A stretch of 64,000 nt of DNA from Hyaloraphidium curvatum SAG 235-1. Taxonomy: Eukaryota > Fungi > Monoblepharomycota. Numbering within the stretch: position 1 is the first letter of the stretch; every line of letters begins with the position of its first letter. The stretch is from contig JAIVFI010000020.1 in the NCBI GenBank assembly GCA_025558095.1, forward strand, positions 620,001 through 684,000, given 5' to 3'. A program made the position numbers and the translations under genes. This document shows, in pieces, positions 61,190 to 64,000 of the stretch. The notes under the pieces were generated by a model, which worked only from the letters and a program-made list of their open reading frames with translations, did not search any database and was not told where the DNA came from.

Positions 61190-62386
61190 ATGGTCGACTG
61201 GCGCTCCGTCGATGTCGCGTCGTTCCTCCCGCCGCCGTCGGGCCGCCCCGTCGCGGTGGTCGGCGGCTCCGGATTCGTCGGCCGCAACGTCGTCGCGCTC
61301 CTCCTTCTCGCGGGGGAAGAGGTCCATAACCTCGACATTTCCCCGCCGCGGACGCCCGACCCGCGCGTGCAATTCCTAAAGACGGACATCCGCGACCCCG
61401 CCTCCGTGCGCGCCGCGCTCGCCTCGCGCCCGTTCGGCACCGTCTTTCTCGTCGCAGCGCTCCTCTCGTACGCGAAAAGGCACGACTCGGAGCTGCAGCC
61501 CTCGATCGACGTCAACATCAACGGAACAAAGAACGTGATCGACGCGTGCCGCGACCTCGGCATCCCCTTCCTCGTGCAGACCTCGACCTCCAACGTGGTC
61601 ATCGGGTTCGACAACCCCCGGATCGTGGACGGCGACGAGTCCCTGCCTTACACCACAAGGCCGTTCAACCACTACTGCCGGACCAAGGCCGAGGCCGAGA
61701 AGCTCGTGCTGGCCGCCGACGGCACCCCTTCCCCGTCGGGGGGTCCGCCGCTCCGCACGTGCGCCGTCCGCCCGGCCTCGACCATCTTTGGCCACCGCGA
61801 CGGCACCCTCCTGGACCTTCTCGACGCCGGGTACCCGATGATGGCGCAGGACCCCGAGGGGATCATCGACTACACCCCCGTCGAGAACGTCGCGCTGGGG
61901 CACCTCCTCGCGGCGCATTCCATGCGGAGCGGCGGGGGCGCCGCCGGCAGGGCGTTCCTGGTGGGCAACAGGACAATCACCCACGCGCAGTTCGCCGGCC
62001 TCGTGCGGGTGCATCTGCCCAGTTTGAAGCTCCACACGATGCGCTTCCTCTATCCGGTGGCATGGCTATCCGATACCCTCCATTGGATGATGCCGCGGAC
62101 GTCGCTGGGCAGCGTGCTGGACAAGCTCACCCTCGCCACGTGGGAGCTCTCGAAAGCCACGTACACGTTCCGGTCGGACGCCGCGGAGGGGGTGCTCGGT
62201 TACAGGTGGGTCCCGTCACGTTCGAGCAGCAACTTGGCCCTGGCTGATCGGATCGGCGGGGGCAGGGAGATGTACAGCGTCGCGCAGGGGCTGGCCAAGG
62301 CGGCCGATGGGTATGTGGAGGAGGGGAGGGGGGCGTTCGCGGCGGCGGCGAGGGCGAGGGAGAGGAAGGAGGACAAGGCCGGATGA
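61190..62386 (+). CDS. 3-beta-hydroxysteroid dehydrogenase/NAD-dependent epimerase family (Erg26/SDR42E-like)
   Basis: VVGGSGFVG, NINGTKNVIDAC, TST and YCRTKAEAE motifs; probable late intron. Confidence 0.88.
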   Translation: MVDWRSVDVASFLPPPSGRPVAVVGGSGFVGRNVVALLLLAGEEVHNLDISPPRTPDPRVQFLKTDIRDPASVRAALASRPFGTVFLVAALLSYAKRHDSELQPSIDVNINGTKNVIDACRDLGIPFLVQTSTSNVVIGFDNPRIVDGDESLPYTTRPFNHYCRTKAEAEKLVLAADGTPSPSGGPPLRTCAVRPASTIFGHRDGTLLDLLDAGYPMMAQDPEGIIDYTPVENVALGHLLAAHSMRSGGGAAGRAFLVGNRTITHAQFAGLVRVHLPSLKLHTMRFLYPVAWLSDTLHWMMPRTSLGSVLDKLTLATWELSKATYTFRSDAAEGVLGYRWVPSRSSSNLALADRIGGGREMYSVAQGLAKAADGYVEEGRGAFAAAARARERKEDKAG

Positions 62387-62777
62387 TGCCGATGGATGCG
62401 GTGGTTTTTTGCTGCTCGGTGCTCGGGCTGGGCGACGTCGTTCCGACGCGATGTGAGGACGGCGGCATCGGAGCGAGTTCCGGTTTTCGCGGCGGGCGGC
62501 CAGCCGCCTGTGCCCGCCCGTCAGCGCGTCCCCTGAACCCCGCCGTCGCACGCGGCGCGGAGCCCTTGCGCGGATGCACCCGATGCCTTTGATGGAGTTG
62601 CACTCGACTGGTTTAAGCAGGCAGGGATGCGCGCAGCCGCGGTTGGAACGGCGTCCCTGCTTATTGCGTCCCCGAGCCTCGACGCGCGGACGGTGTCCTT
62701 GTCCCCATCAGGCCCCACTCCACCCCGCGCCCCAAACGTCTTAGTCCTCCAGCAACCAGTCTTGCCGCAGACCCGCG

Positions 62778-63421
62778 ATGCGCGCGTTCCCGGCGCTCCT
62801 GGCCGCCCTGGCCCTCCTCGCCGCGCCGGCGGCGTCGACGTGGGCGCGCCGCGCCGCGACCCGCGGGACGCGCTGATCTGCTCCGCCCCGCGCGCCGCAG
62901 CCCGACCCCGGCGACCACCGCGATCTTTAAGCGCACGTGCGCCGAGTGCGATCCCGCCCTCGCTTGGTGCGCCCCCCCATCCCCACTCCGCTCCATCCCT
63001 CACCTCATCCCCTCCCCCCCTAAAGCGAATTCGGCTTCCCCGGCGCCCCCGAAGACCACGTCGCCTGCATCTCCCAGCCCGCGGCCCGGAGCGCGCTGTA
63101 CCGCCGCTACGCCGCGCAGTGCCCCGCCGGCACCGAGGCCTGCTTCGACGGCTGCGTCGACACGCAGACCAACAACAACAATTGCGGCGGATGCGACGTT
63201 AGCGGGTATGCCTGCCCCTTTGTGGCGATCCCCGTTGACCCTCCGGTCCCGCAGTGTGCGACGGCGGCATGTCGTGCCAGGGCGGCGGCTGCCAGTGCGA
63301 TGTGGGGGAGGAGTGCGGCGGCGTGTGCGTGGACACGGAGGAGAGCAACCAGCATTGCGGGGGGTGCAACCAACGGTGCACTTTGCCGGAGACGTGCCAG
63401 GGGGGGATGTGCATGGAGTAG
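62778..63421 (+). CDS. Small secreted Cys-rich protein (Stig1-like repeats)
   Basis: Signal MRAFPALLAALALLAAPAAS; repeats CVDTQTNNNNCGGC and CVDTEESNQHCGGCNQRC. Confidence 0.75.
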
Positions 63422-63860
63422 TCGGGGGAGGTCGGACTTCGGTGTCGCGGTGCCGTTGGCGGGAGTTCAATCACGTCGGGGCGGACGCCTGTGCTTTGGA
63501 ACTTTGATTGCTCATTGGCATCCATGCGCGGACTCCGGAGGGCAGTATCCTCCTTCCTTTCCGGGGCTACACAATCCTCCTCAGCTTGGATGAATTGGAT
63601 GAATCAATTTGAGAGAAGGGGTCTTAATCCGGGCGGGTACGATTCGCTCGTCACCCGCTATTCCATCCGGCACGAAGCTCGACCCGCGATCAGCGGCACG
63701 GTCTCGGGGAGGAACTCGATCGGACCGATCACTTTGGAAGCCTCGGGCCGAGCGAGGGACGGGGGACGGGTGGCGAACGACACCAGCCCGTGCGCCCTCG
63801 GCAAGGGCGCGGCAACAGTAAAACCGCCCGCGCCCCTCAATCGACTCACCGACCACCACG

Positions 63861-64000
63861 ATGCGCATCGCGGTGTTCCTCGCATCGCTCGCCCTGGCGG
63901 CAGCCCTGGCGTCCCCGGTCGCGGCGCAGAACGGGCTCGGCGCCGGCTGCTCCGCGTCGGGAGCGGCCGGCGGCTGCGGGTCGCTCTGCTGCATCAGCGG
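63861..64000 (+). CDS. Secreted Cys-rich protein, 5' part (runs off the window)
   Basis: MRIAVFLASLALAAALASPVAAQNGLGAGC...CGSLCCISG. Confidence 0.6.
   Translation, partial: MRIAVFLASLALAAALASPVAAQNGLGAGCSASGAAGGCGSLCCIS

Overview
This is a eukaryotic, very GC-rich, gene-dense window with about 34 protein-coding genes. Most are broken by short (roughly 45-140 nt) GT-AG introns, plus at least two GC-AG introns. The gene style (Slt2-type MAPKs, Fox2-like enzyme, PQ-loop and SLC35B transporters, short introns) suggests an early-diverging fungus of chytrid/monoblepharid type; this is an inference. I saw no rRNA, tRNA, CRISPR array or transposon. Main points: (1) a head-to-head pair of intron-containing MscL mechanosensitive channels, each with an N-terminal proline motif and a C-terminal zinc ribbon, next to a bacterial-type ion transporter; (2) three members of a multi-pass membrane family whose C-terminus resembles the gustatory/odorant-receptor 7TM ion-channel fold, two head-to-head and one frameshifted; (3) a compact four-gene acyl-CoA cluster (enoyl-CoA isomerase, soluble cytochrome b5, hydratase-less Fox2, family III CoA-transferase) in which every protein ends in xKL; (4) eight genes in total ending in PTS1-like tripeptides, several of them bacterial-looking; (5) a large secreted lectin plus coiled-coil, toxin-like protein; (6) unusual ubiquitin-system architectures (F-box/ZnF-UBP/DUSP; GRDP/UBL ending GG-C); (7) a tail-to-tail pair of Slt2-like MAPKs. 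All exon boundaries were read by eye.
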